From the human T2T-CHM13v2.0 reference genome, Homo sapiens, in assembly GCF_009914755.1 (NCBI RefSeq), contig NC_060932.1: 64,000 bases of DNA; one strand, written 5' to 3'. Below the pieces are notes generated by a model that saw only the letters and a program-made list of their open reading frames with translations, was not told the DNA's origin and did no database searches. This document shows positions 1-12,253 of this stretch, piece by piece. Within the stretch, counting starts at the first letter, position 1; every line of letters starts with the position of its first letter. The position numbers were made by a program, and so were the translations under genes.

Positions 1-1212
1 TGAGGCCTTTGTGGGCCCTCTGTTTAAATAAAGCTCTTTTTTAACATAAAAATTCAGTGCACACTCACAGGATCTCAGTGTTTTCAAATATTCAATTTAA
101 ACTCCCTGTTATTTACATTCTCCATCCTAACAACCATTATTATACCAGAGTTTTCCCTGCAGTGAGCATTCATCCATTGCGGGGCTGGTGTTATTACCGG
201 AGCAATTCTCTTCACTGTGCTGTGTTCCAAAGCCCTATCCCCATTGTTCCCTTTGTCCCATCCAGCACCAAGTGGTGTTCTCCACAACAGCAGACAAAGA
301 TTTCACATTTTTCAGTAGTGGGTAGATTTAAATGGAATTGATCGGAAGGGACGGGAGCCTGGAAGCCACCCCGGCACTGTGCTCGGGGATGGAGAAGGCT
401 CCATTTCCCTCGCCCTGCTCCCAATTGCAGCTTCTGATGTGAGAAGAGACAGCCCCAGCCTCTTCTCTTTCTCATACAGACATTTGTTAGCATGCCTCCA
501 ACCAGGCTAAGGGATGCTGCCTCATTTTTCAAAGAACTCTCTGGCATGTACTGTTTCTCTCTGGCTCAGGGGCCAGGAGGTAGAAGAAGAACATTCTGTT
601 TGGGCTGTACTCACAGAGGCCAGTGGTGATGACTGACTCCTATTAATGATTAGTGGCTACACATCTGTGGGTTTTTTTATTTTGTTTTTTTAATTTTGTT
701 TTCAATTGATACATAATAGTTGTACATATTTATGGGATACAGTGTGGTGTTTTGATACACGTGTACATTGTGTAAAAATCAAATCAGGGTAATTAGCATA
801 TCCATCACCTCAAACATTTATCATTTCTTTGTGGTGAGAATATTTAACAGTCCCCTCTTCTAGCTATTTTGAAACATGCAATACAAAATTGTTAACCATA
901 GTCACCTTAATGTGGATAGAACACCAGGACTTATTCCTCCTGTCTAGCTGTGACTGTGCACCCACTGACTAATCTTTCCCTATTCCCCCTTCCTCCGACC
1001 ATCTCCATACTCTGGTAACCATCATTCTACTCTCTATTTCTATGAGGTTAAATTCTTTAAATTCCACATGTAAATGAGATCCTATGGGGTATTTTTGTTT
1101 CTGTGCCTGGCTTATTGCACATAACAAAACATCCTCTGGGTTCATCCATGTTGTTGCAAATGACAGAATTTCATTCTTTTTTATGGCTGAATAGTATTCC
1201 ATTATGTACATA

Positions 1213-1566
1213 TGGACATACCTCGGATATACTGTCAGTTCATTCCAGACCATCACAATAAAGCAAGTCACACTTGCTTTATTGGTTTCTTGGTTTCTGA
1301 GTGCATATAAAAGTTATGTTTGCACTATACTGTGGTCTATTAAGTGTGCCATAACATTATGTCTAAACAAATGTACATATCTTAATTAAAAATACTTCAT
1401 TACTAAAAAATGCTGACACGAAGACACAAAGTGAGCACATGCTATTGGAAAAAAATGGTGCTGATAGACTTGCTCTACACAGGGTTGACACAAACCTTTA
1501 ATGTATAAAAATCACAGTATCTGCAAAGTACAATAAAGTGAAGTGAAATACAGTGAGGTATGCCTG
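1213..1566 (-). mobile_element. Internally deleted Tigger1-type (TcMar) DNA transposon, about 350 bp
   Basis: Terminal inverted repeats (t)ggacatacctc ... gaggtatgcctg match the Tigger1 TIR CAGGCATACCTC. TA flanks both ends (1211-12, 1567-68) and the L1 resumes in register on each side. Confidence 0.85.
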
Positions 1567-1958
1567 TATATCACATGGTTTTTCATCCATTCATTCATTG
1601 ATAGACATTTAGGTTGATTCCTTCTCTTGGCTACTGTGGATAGTGCTGCAGTAAATGGGGGTACAGGCATCTCTTTGACATATAATTTCAAATCCTTTGA
1701 GTATATAGTCAGTAATGGGATGGCTGGGTCATATTTCAAATCTTTTGAGTATATTATATAGTCAGTAATGGGATGGCTGGGTCATATGGTAATTCTATTT
1801 TTAATTTTTTGAGGATCCTACATACTGTTTACCATAATGGCTGTACTAATTTACATTCCTAGCAACAGTATATAAGCGTTCCCCTTTCTCCACATCCACA
1901 CCAGCATTTGTTATTTTTTGTCTTTTTGATGATAATCATTCTAACTACAGTGAGATGA

Positions 1959-2389
<431 letters not shown>

Positions 2390-3372
2390 TGTGCCCATTT
2401 TTAAATTACATTGTTTTTCTGCTATTGAGTTGAGTTCTTTATATATTCTGAATATTAGCTTCTTGTTAGAGCATAGTTTGCAAATATTTTCTCCTATTTT
2501 GTAGGTTGTATTTTCATCTTCAGTAGTTGATTGTTTTATTTGCTGTGCAAAAGATTTTTAGTTTGATGTAATCCCATTTGTCAATGTTCACCTTTATGAC
2601 TGTACTTTTGGGGTCTTATGCAAAAAATCTTTGCCTATACCAGTATCATGATGTGTTTCCTCTGTGTTTTCTTCTAATTGTTTTATCATTCCAGGCCCTA
2701 TATTTAACTCTTTAATTTTGAGTTGATGTTTGTGTATTGTGAGAAAAAAGGGGTCTACCTTCATTATTCTGCATATGAATATCAAATTTTTCTAGCACTA
2801 TTTATTAAAGACAATATTCTTTCTCTATTGTGTGTTTTTGGCATCTTTGTCAAAAATCAGTTGGCTGTAAGTGTGTGGATTTATTTCTGGGTTCTCTATT
2901 CTGTTGCATTGATCTATGTGTCTATTTTTATGCCAATTCCATGCTGTTTTGATTACTATAGCTTTGTAGTATATTTTGAAGTCAGGTAGTGACTTCATAT
3001 TGCTGTGAAAAATGTCATTGGTATTGTGATAGGGATTGCATTGAATCTGTAGATTGCTTTGGGTAGTATGAACATTTTAACAATATTAATACTTTTAATC
3101 AATGAGTGTGGGCTATCGTTCCATTAAGTTGTGTCTTTTCAATTTCTTTTGCCAGTGTTTTATAGTTTTAGTGTAGAAATCTTTCATCTCCTTAGTTAAA
3201 CTTACATCTATGTATTTTTTGTAACTATTGCAAATAGGATTGTTTTCTTGTTTCCTCCTTTAGATAGTTCGCTATTAAGGCATAAAATGCTACTGCTTTT
3301 TCTATGTCGATTTTGTATCCTGAAACTTTACTGAATTTGTGTATCAGTTTTGAATTTTTAGTGGAGTCTTTA

Positions 3373-3375
<3 letters not shown>

Positions 3376-3413
<38 letters not shown>
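3376..3413. repeat. (TA)n microsatellite, about 19 units
   Basis: Direct reading. Confidence 0.95.
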
Positions 3414-3417
<4 letters not shown>

Positions 3418-3705
3418 TGTTTTCTATATAGATATACAATATTATGTCATCTGCCAACGGGGACAATTTAACTTCTTTCTTTCCAATTTGGATGTCCTTT
3501 ATTTCTCTTACCAAATTGCTCTGGCAAGGACTTCCAGTACTATCTTGAATAAGAGTAGTGAGGGTTGGCATCCTTGTCTTGTTTCAGATTTTAGAGAAAA
3601 AGATTTCAACATTTTTCCATTCAGTGTGATATTAGCTGTGGGTTTGTCATATATGACCTTAATTGTGTTGAGATACATTCCTTCTATGTCTAATTTGTTC
3701 AGCGT

Positions 3706-3930
3706 TTTATTGACACTTCATAACTATATATATTTATGGGGTACAGTGTGATATTTCAATACATTTATACATTGTGTAATCATCAAATGAGAATAATTAA
3801 CACATCCATCATCTCATACATTTATCATTTCTTTGTGGTAAGAACATTCAGAATCCTCTTTTCCAGATATTTTGAAATATGCAATAAATTATTGTTAACT
3901 GTATTCACCCTGCTGTGCAACAGAACACCA
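3706..3930 (-). mobile_element. Second L1MA-type 3'-end fragment
   Basis: Repeats the same L1 3'UTR terminus seen at about 700-925 (tatttatggggtacagtgtg ... atttatcatttctttgtgg ... agaacacca). Confidence 0.85.
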
Positions 3931-5610
3931 TAGCTACATGTGCATGGTTCTGACAACACTTAGGCTGCAGAATACTCTGTCACTGTGGCTGGGATGAGAA
4001 CTTTCCTTCTGCTCCCTGTAACCTACATATTGATTTGATCTTGAAGTCAATGTTCTTTTTTTAAATTGTTTTAATTATTTAAATTGCTTTACATATTTGG
4101 TTACAGAACTAAGGCAACTCTGTCACTGTAAACTGAAACCAGGGTCATATTGGACAATTGCACATCCGCAATAATGAAAAGTAAATGAGTCAGAAACCAT
4201 ATTATATGAGAGGCCAGTGGAGATGGCATCAGAGTAAAAGCTAAGGGCACAGGGTAAAATTCCAGAAACGCCCTGGACACATTTGGGAGTTGATGCTAGT
4301 ATAATATTCCAGACAAAATCATTGCAAATTTCATTTACTGATGCAGGCAGCATCAGTGCTATCCTCGTGTGCTCTTTTCAAATTCACTTTTCTGAGTTGT
4401 TTTAATTCACATTCTTAAATACTGAAATTAACTTAAAGCAGGCTGTACTACTTTGTTATACTGTATGGCAGTAAAAATGCACAGTCACTTTCTTTAATAT
4501 TCCATTGATTTCAAATATACTAGGCAGTAACTGGGACCATTAGATCCATCTCCCCCTAGTTTTACCTTAAAAAGTTGGGGCTGGAGAAATAAAAGTAACT
4601 TGCTTTACAAAGTTCCAAGTTTCTCTACTGGGGGAACATGGCTAAAACCACTGTCTCCTAAATTTCAGTTCCCTTTTTGTGACTGCATTTTGATGCTCCC
4701 AATTCATAGGCAGAGTTTCAAATTACATTCATTTTTAATTCTGTGAACGATTTATTTAATCCATTCAGATACCTGAACCAATGAAGCTGGTTTTTTTATA
4801 AAAAAGTGTGCAGACCATATAAACTCATGCCTCCACTGTTTTTCTCTACTTGTTGGACTGTCAGTATCCTGTCCACAGTTGATGAGAAGACTCCTAGCAT
4901 GAAAAAGGTTGGAAGCTTAGTAATTGCTGGCATAAAAGAGCTAACCAGAACAGAACTCACCTCTGCAGGGGAAAATTAGTAGCACACCTCATCAAGATTG
5001 AGGGGGCTGGTGAAATAAACACAACTTCCATTTAGGGACCAGGCTCCAGGAAAAGGGACTTAGGAGTAGAGTGCTAGACAGAGCAGTCATCACTTGGGGC
5101 ACATGTTGAGGACTGTACAAGGAGACCAAAGCCAGATACGTGAATACGTAGCAGTGTGAATAGCACAGGAACCCCAGGTTCTAGGTAGAAGGGCAACAGT
5201 ATATTCCCAGACCTCTCAAATAGCCAAGCAGGGCTCTCATTGGCTCAGGGACTTCCTAAACCTATCATGCTTCGCACAGAACTAAGCAGAAATAAGTAGG
5301 CTCCAACCCACAGGAATTCACTGTCCACCCCCCATCATGAGGATTCTGTCTACACACCAACCACATGCCTGCTTCTCTGGTATTCATGACGTGAAGAACT
5401 CCTTGAATCATAGGGCAAATTTCTGAACAAAGACAGCATTCTAATCAGTCAACAGTAAAAAAAAGTCAGGGTGTCAAGCTGCAGACATATTTGGAAGACT
5501 GGGTTGTTGGAGCTTCATGTCCGTTTGTAGTGAGCCAACTTTCTGGAATTTGGGGCTAACGTGTAGAAAGCTGATTTATGCAGTGAGTTAGGCTCAAACT
5601 CACTGAGTTT

Positions 5611-5623
5611 ATGACTCAGCAAT
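5611..5623 (+). promoter_or_regulatory. Consensus NRF2/small-MAF antioxidant response element containing an AP-1 core
   Basis: ATGACTCAGCAAT matches RTGACTCAGCA exactly and lies in non-repeat DNA. Function is not shown. Confidence 0.5.
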
Positions 5624-6494
5624 GTCTGTCTGACATTTATTACCACTCAAACAGACTGGTGGTCATAAATCCAGCTTCATGTTTAGTTAAATGGCTCCTA
5701 TCATGAGACAAAAGAACAAAGGGGAGACATCCACAGCTGTGTTATTCATCCTGCACCTCACTAAAGAACAAGAAAGAATGTCAAAATAAATAGGCCGTGC
5801 TGTAGTCGATTTATATTTATATGCATATATGCATGTATGCTGCATACAAATACTATATAAGAACATATGTTGAACTCTGCTCTTCCTGCGGGAAAATGTT
5901 GCAAAGCAGCATGTCTTTTCCTTCTGTGCTGGAGTAAAATTGATCTCAGGCCCTCCTCGCCATCTGCTCCCAGACACCAAGAGATAGTAGCTTACATAAA
6001 GAGGTAGGAGAAGGGCTTGTAACTGGCCCATCTCCTTACTTGAATATTCTTCAGCCACATGCAAGGGTGAGGTCCTCATACTGATTAAAAGCCTGACTGG
6101 CTGCTGGCAGAGAGGCATGAGGCTTGAGGGGTAGGAGGGGATGCTGGCAGAGATACATGAGTGAAGATGAGGGGAAGGAGAAAACAGGTGCCTTTTGGGA
6201 ACTCACACTGACAACTTCTGGAACACTTTGAGTTTTGCCTTTCTGGGGAGCTATTTGCTACAAGAGTTATACTAGAGCTGATCCTCTCCTTCATAAGTTT
6301 CTATTTCATGGCATATTTTTAACAACTAGAATGTTCAAAATAAGGGAGACGGATAACACGGTCTCAAAGATCTCTTCCAGCTCTCCATTTAATGGTTCTG
6401 TATTAGACTGCACAGTTATTAGCTAGTTTGATGGTGGAGAAGAGAAAAAGAAATGCATGTAGTAAGTTTGCTTCCTCTTTACGACTCAAGAAGA

Positions 6495-6600
6495 AATTCT
6501 ATCATCCCCACTTTAGATGTTAGGTAACTGAAGCTTGCCCGAGATCTCAAGGCCAATGAATGGCAGAATCATATTCTAAATATAGGTTTTCAAACTCCTG
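6495..6600 (-). mobile_element. MIR fragment
   Basis: catccccactttagatg...ggtaactgaagc resembles the reverse MIR core. Confidence 0.55.
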
Positions 6601-9087
6601 TACCATTTCCTCTATAAGAACATTCTTTGAAACTTTATATTCAATAATTAATTACTTAATATGTAAATATATGATAAACATAATATAATGATCCTTTTAC
6701 TACTTGTTATAAACTGGATAACTAGAGTTTAGCACAGAAATGGGTTTTATTATTGGTTTTTCCCTTTTAGGGGTACCCATCTCAGTTCTCAGAGAAAGTT
6801 GGCTAAAGAAGATAATTTCAAAAGAAAAAGGATATATTTGCCTCAAATCGCAGCAATAAGTCAGAGAGTATCAGTCATTTCCTACAAGTGGGGGCTGTAT
6901 TCCTTCTTGCACTGCACATTTACAGAGAAGAGACCCTAAAGTAACGAAGATGTGTTACTAAGTATAAATGGAGAAAGACTGAGTCAATTCCACATAAAGA
7001 AAGCTTCGCCATGCATAAGGAAGATGGGCAGTTTTTGAACCCACGAGTGACTAGAAAAATAAAAGCTCAAGCACTTAGTTCATTTACAATTCAACACTAT
7101 CAAAGAAATAAATGGTTGATACAAATCCCCAGGGGGAACATCATTTTATTACACACCCCCATAGGTGGCTTTTAAAGGGTACTTGATTAGGTTTCATCAC
7201 AATTAAACTCTCTACACCTAAAGGACACCAAAACATGGTAGCTTATATAAAGATGTAGGAGATGGGCTTGTAATTGGCCTTCAATTAAGTGGTAAAGAAG
7301 GGGATAATGAAGAAAGAAGCTTATAGACATATAACTAGTTGAATGTGGAAACCTGTTGGCTTTCAAAAAAATACATCTCCAAAATGGCAAATATCTTCCA
7401 TATACCGATTGTATTGTCCTGTTACCAGTCACCTTTTTAATAGCAATGTGCTCTGGTTAAACCAAAGAGTGGTGGAAAAAAGGACTAAACACCCCAACGT
7501 TCTGAAAATGGGGTCCTTAGAGCCAATCAATATGAAAGCCACCAAGTGGATCTAACAAGTGACAAGAAGAATTGATTCACAAGAAGGATGACAAACTTAA
7601 ACCACGTATGGATGGCCCTAAAGCCAACAGTGGATGCCCTCCGAATGGGGACAGCTGAGGGTAGGAGCTTTGGTTTCACGGCAGGGTGTGCTGACTCTGA
7701 GGCTCTGAGGATAGGGGCTGCTGTAGAATGCCTTCCTTGCATAGTGACTGTCCGTGATTCCATTATTCTCAAAATCAGCCAAAAATATTATAATTTTGAA
7801 AAATAGAGAAATATTCCGGCTTCTCTGCTTACACATATCTAGTATTAATGAGTTCCTTGGAACTAATATCAGGGAAACAAATCATATCCCCTGATTATGA
7901 GATTCTTAGAGACTATTTACAGTCAGAGTAGTGGATTAATGGGATATGAGGTTGACTCAACATGGTAATTCTTTGAATTATCAACAGTAAAATCATTAGC
8001 ACTAATGTTATTCACCCTGATTAACACCCTATCCAACAATAAAGACAATTTCAAGAAATATGAGGATTTTAAAAAATTGATCTCAAAGTAGACCCCTTGG
8101 CCACTGACTTGGTAACCCCAAGGAAAACTCATATTGCTAATTTTGGATGGTCTTAGTGTCAGACACTTAATTGAGCAACAATTCAAGTGGAAAATGTGCT
8201 GAGAATTCTCAAAAGAGAGCTGTGAGTAAGGATACAAAAGGGAATCCATTATTGTGTGTACCTTTTCTCATTTTTCTTTAATTAAAAAAATAAAATGTAC
8301 CAGTCAGATGTGCTACATCACACATTACCTCAACTCTCTGAAGTTGGAGCATCCCTACCTCTCACTGAACCTACTGACCCCCTGAAGGATGAGGGAACTT
8401 TAGCCTGGATTTCAAACAACCACCGTTAACTCAAGTTTGACACTGTACAGTAGTTTCACGGTATCCCAGAAACAATGTAACCCGCTATGGGTGGCTGGTG
8501 GTGGGAGACAGGTAAAATTGGATTTTTTTCCCTTTGCTCATATAATCTGAAGACTATAGAATGTAGTTTTTAAAGGTCAGAACGAATTGCTAATTAAGTG
8601 GAGGCATTTGAAATTAGCAAATAAAATTGCTACTCAGAATAGTGACTAAGGAGTAATTAATCATAAGGGGAAAATGGAAGCGCAGTTCAGCCAGCAGTAA
8701 AATCATCTTTTAACTAGTTACCATAGAGCCTTCAGATGGTGTTACTAAGAAACTGTTAGATATTAATTTCATTCTTTTCTCTTTAGGCTATATCATTTAA
8801 AAAAATAGTACTCAACATTTTTCTATGAAGACACAAATCAAGTTGGTCTGCACAGTCTCTCTTGCAGGTATTTAGAAATATGTGGACTAGCTATGATTTC
8901 CCTTTACCTTTCACTCAACATTGGAATGAAGTAAGGATTACATTATCATAGTCTTCACTTTAAATCCAGTCTACTTTTTATATAACTCATTGATGAATCT
9001 TGGCATTTTAATTATTAGAACACAGAATTACTTAATATACTCCTCAAACCAATGCTGAGACTCCCTCCTTTCCTTCTTTTAAAATAC

Positions 9088-9417
9088 TTTTTTAGTTTGT
9101 TTGTTTGTTTGTTTGTTTTGAGACAGAGTCTTGCTCTGTCACACAGACTGAAGTACAATGGCACAACCTCGGTTCACTGCAACCTCGGTTCACTGCAACC
9201 TCCGCATCCTGGATTCAAGCGATTCTCCTGCCTCTGCCTCTGGAGCAGCTGGGATTAAAGGCATGCACCACTACAGCCAGTTAGTTTTTGTATTTTTAGT
9301 GGAGATGGGGTTTCACCATGTTGATCATGCTAGTCTTGAACTCCTGACCTAAAGAGATCTGCCAGCCTCAGCCTCCCAAAGTACGGGCATTACAGGCGTG
9401 AGCCACTGCGCCCAGTC
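9088..9417 (-). mobile_element. Alu (S/J-type) with (GTTT)n tail and an internal 16-bp duplication
   Basis: Full dimer in reverse orientation. Confidence 0.93.
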
Positions 9418-10821
9418 AAAAATGCCTTCTAAAAACATTTTGGTTTGGTTTCCAGGTGCTTTTTGTTTCCCTAGGTGCTATATCTGCCAGTCTTGGGTTA
9501 GATGCTCTCAACCCATGCTAGGATTCCATTTCACATCAAAATTTTTATATCTTAAATTTAAAGCCAAATTTACAAACGTGAATATTACAATCAAATATTC
9601 AGACAGTTGATTTGACATGCACATCTTAAACTAGAAAACAAATTAAGGCAGGATTTATACAGAGATCCATATTTTTAAGCACTTGATATTTATTAATTAG
9701 CGAATCCACACCAGAATCCTATGAGGTAGCCTAGCTTGTCTTTATTATAAATAAATTAGGTAGAAGCCAGAAAAAAAAAAAAAAGGCTATCTCCACAATA
9801 ATATGTTGATTGGACCCTCCTTATTCTGGTCACAAAAGAAAAACAGTTCCTCATATAAGTGGGTCAAGTGAACAATGAATATTTTGTTTGGATGGAATAT
9901 AGAGAGAGTATAGTTATTTTATTACCTGGCAGTTTAAAAAGGTAATTTTCTTAGTGGGGCTTTAATATTCTGTGTTCACACTGACTTGTCAGAAATTTCC
10001 GACTCAAAATATCAGCTTTGGAAGAGTTAGAATGCCCCCACACTCCACCCCCAGCCCCAACCAGAAGGCTCAAATTTTCCTATGGGAGTTTTAGTATTTT
10101 TCATGTATCTTAAATTTTTCATCCTTTGGTCTGGTTGACCTAATAAACTCATGTCAATAAAAAAGTGTAAAGACTCTTTCAGTTCCAATTTATGCTCATA
10201 TATGTCGTCTAACAGGCAAGTGAAACACAAATCCTATTTGTCTTTGTAGTCAAGCAATTGCGGATGAGAGTTTTATTACTACCTTTATCAGCCAAAGGAA
10301 TCACTGTAGTCCCCTTTACTTAGCAGATTACTTTATGACTATATTTATTAGTTCACTGGGCTTGGAGACTAAATTTAACGAAGACTCATTAATTTGGGTT
10401 TCACTACCGTGGCGTTTGTGGCCTCTGGCACAGGTGCTAGCCTGAAGCTTACCTCTGTACTGACGGAGAAAAACTTTTTGCAAAGTAAATTAACTGCATG
10501 ACCAAGACTATAGGAGTGTTTTATCTTCTTAAGAAGACAATTTCAACCACGTAACCACTAACCTTTTAAATACAAATAATTTTACTCTGATATAGTATAA
10601 GGAGTCCATTAAGCTTGTGTGTTATGTTAATTTTGAATAATTTTTCCCTCACTGCAGCAAAACTTTAAATGGGCAGTATTTGGTTAGTTTAGTTAACATT
10701 ATTATAAAAACTCTGGAACAGTAAAAATACTTTAAATATTGATAATTTGAATAGCTTCACTCTTTCAAATATATGGGTTCTTTCCTAGGTCCTTTTAATT
10801 AACATTTTACAGAAAATCACT

Positions 10822-10867
10822 TGACTCATGTTCTCAGCTGGCCCGGAGTCTCTGCTGGGACCACGTG
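10822..10867. promoter_or_regulatory. Motif cluster: AP-1 (TGACTCA 10822-28), E-box CAGCTG (10835-40), E-box CACGTG (10862-67)
   Basis: Three consensus sites within 46 bp of locally GC/CpG-richer unique sequence. Confidence 0.4.
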
Positions 10868-11432
10868 TCAGCAGCTCCGGGTGGACTGGACGTAAGACAG
10901 GGACACACCTGGGTCTGTGTGGGTCTCTTTCCTCTCCTTCAGAATTGATTTGGTTATTTGAAAACATTTACCTTCCATCCCACTCCCATCCACTCATAAA
11001 AAAATGGGAAGGTAAGATATGACTTAGCTGAACAAACACAACCACAGCAAACCAAACAGAAAAGACAACCACAAACAGCTAGCTTCCCAAGTAGGAATCT
11101 TTCCATTCCAGAATTCCCAAAATATAAACAACATTAGCAGCCCCTTCCTGCCTAAAACTAAATATGTCATCTCCAGGGTACACTAGAATGATAATTTCCA
11201 CTATCTGCATGGGCAAAAATAAAGAAATTTGAAAACAAACAAACACACAAAACCTCTGGCAGGGTATTCACTTGCATTTGACAGGTTGCCAAGGAGCAAT
11301 GGTATTTAGATGAGGAATTCTGAAATAATCTGATTATTATGGCCGGAAGATTATCTATAAAGGGTTTGGCATAGCCTCTCTGTAAAGTAAAAGAAATCTA
11401 TGTTCATAGACTTTTCTATATTAGGTTATTTT

Positions 11433-11434
<2 letters not shown>

Positions 11435-11477
<43 letters not shown>
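11435..11477. repeat. (AC)n microsatellite, about 21 units
   Basis: Direct reading. Confidence 0.97.
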
Positions 11478-11478
<1 letters not shown>

Positions 11479-11839
11479 CACTTTAGGGCATAAGCTCACT
11501 CACTAAACCCAAACTGAAACAGTGTTTTGTTGTTGCTGCTGTTTTTACTCGGACAATGCTTATTTTACAGCGGAATTGACAAATAAAGCCTTATTTTACA
11601 CATCCGAAGAAACACCATCACAGGAGGTTTGTAGGTCGGCTGTGTGCTTTCCAAAACAGCAAAATAGATTCTTCCCATCCAACCCCCTTTCCTCTTGTAG
11701 AGTAGGGTGTGGCTCGTGGGGCTTCGTCTCTCTGCAGGCACAGAAACTGGCAGACCTGGTCCCTCCTGAGCGGGCCCTGCTCAAGGGAATGGTGCCAGAT
11801 TTTGAACACAGGTAAACAGGCTCCTTCATAACAACACTG

Positions 11840-12086
11840 TGCATTTCTGTGTCATTTTGTTTATTGCTCACTGAGTTGTTGCCACCTCAGCTCTTGGTGG
11901 AAAACAGTGGGTGTCCAGAAATTGCTGACACAAGAAGATGGATTGCCTATGGTCGTTAGGGACACAGGGCAGCCCCAGCCAGATCCCAGCTGGTCCATGC
12001 AGGGCATCGTCAGTAGAAGCTCAACGTCCCACTTCGTAACCAGGCTACAAGACACCAAGTCCGGTCACCATGGAAAAGAATTAAAC
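11840..12086 (-). ncRNA. Candidate minus-strand lncRNA exon, possibly terminal
   Basis: Acceptor ggctctttctctag|g at 12086 and minus-strand AATAAA at 11860-65, in unique CpG-retaining sequence. Prediction only. Confidence 0.25.
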
Positions 12087-12227
12087 CTAGAGAAAGAGCC
12101 TCATGATCTGCACTCAGACGCTCCCCATCAGAAAGGAACTGTTTTCTTTATCGGTCATGCTCTTTCCAGAGTGACTGAGTCTTGGCTCAGCAGTAGGACT
12201 TCAGTGAGAAACAGAAGAAATAGGGGA

Positions 12228-12253
12228 CCCCGCCTAGCCCAAGGCCGCCATTT
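12228..12253. promoter_or_regulatory. GC box (CCCCGCCT) and YY1-like site (GCCGCCATTT)
   Basis: Consensus matches 8 bp apart in unique DNA. Confidence 0.35.

Noticed and set aside
57-547. Overlapping 67-111 aa ORFs in unique-looking DNA
   Set aside because: No recognisable domain, stops in neighbouring frames, no supporting exon structure.
7343-7836. Cluster of 70-81 aa ORFs on both strands
   Set aside because: No family resemblance; lengths are expected by chance in locally GC-richer DNA.
6750-8870. Strong + strand acceptor-like sites at 6770 and 8786
   Set aside because: No convincing paired donors; such sites are frequent in AT-rich DNA.
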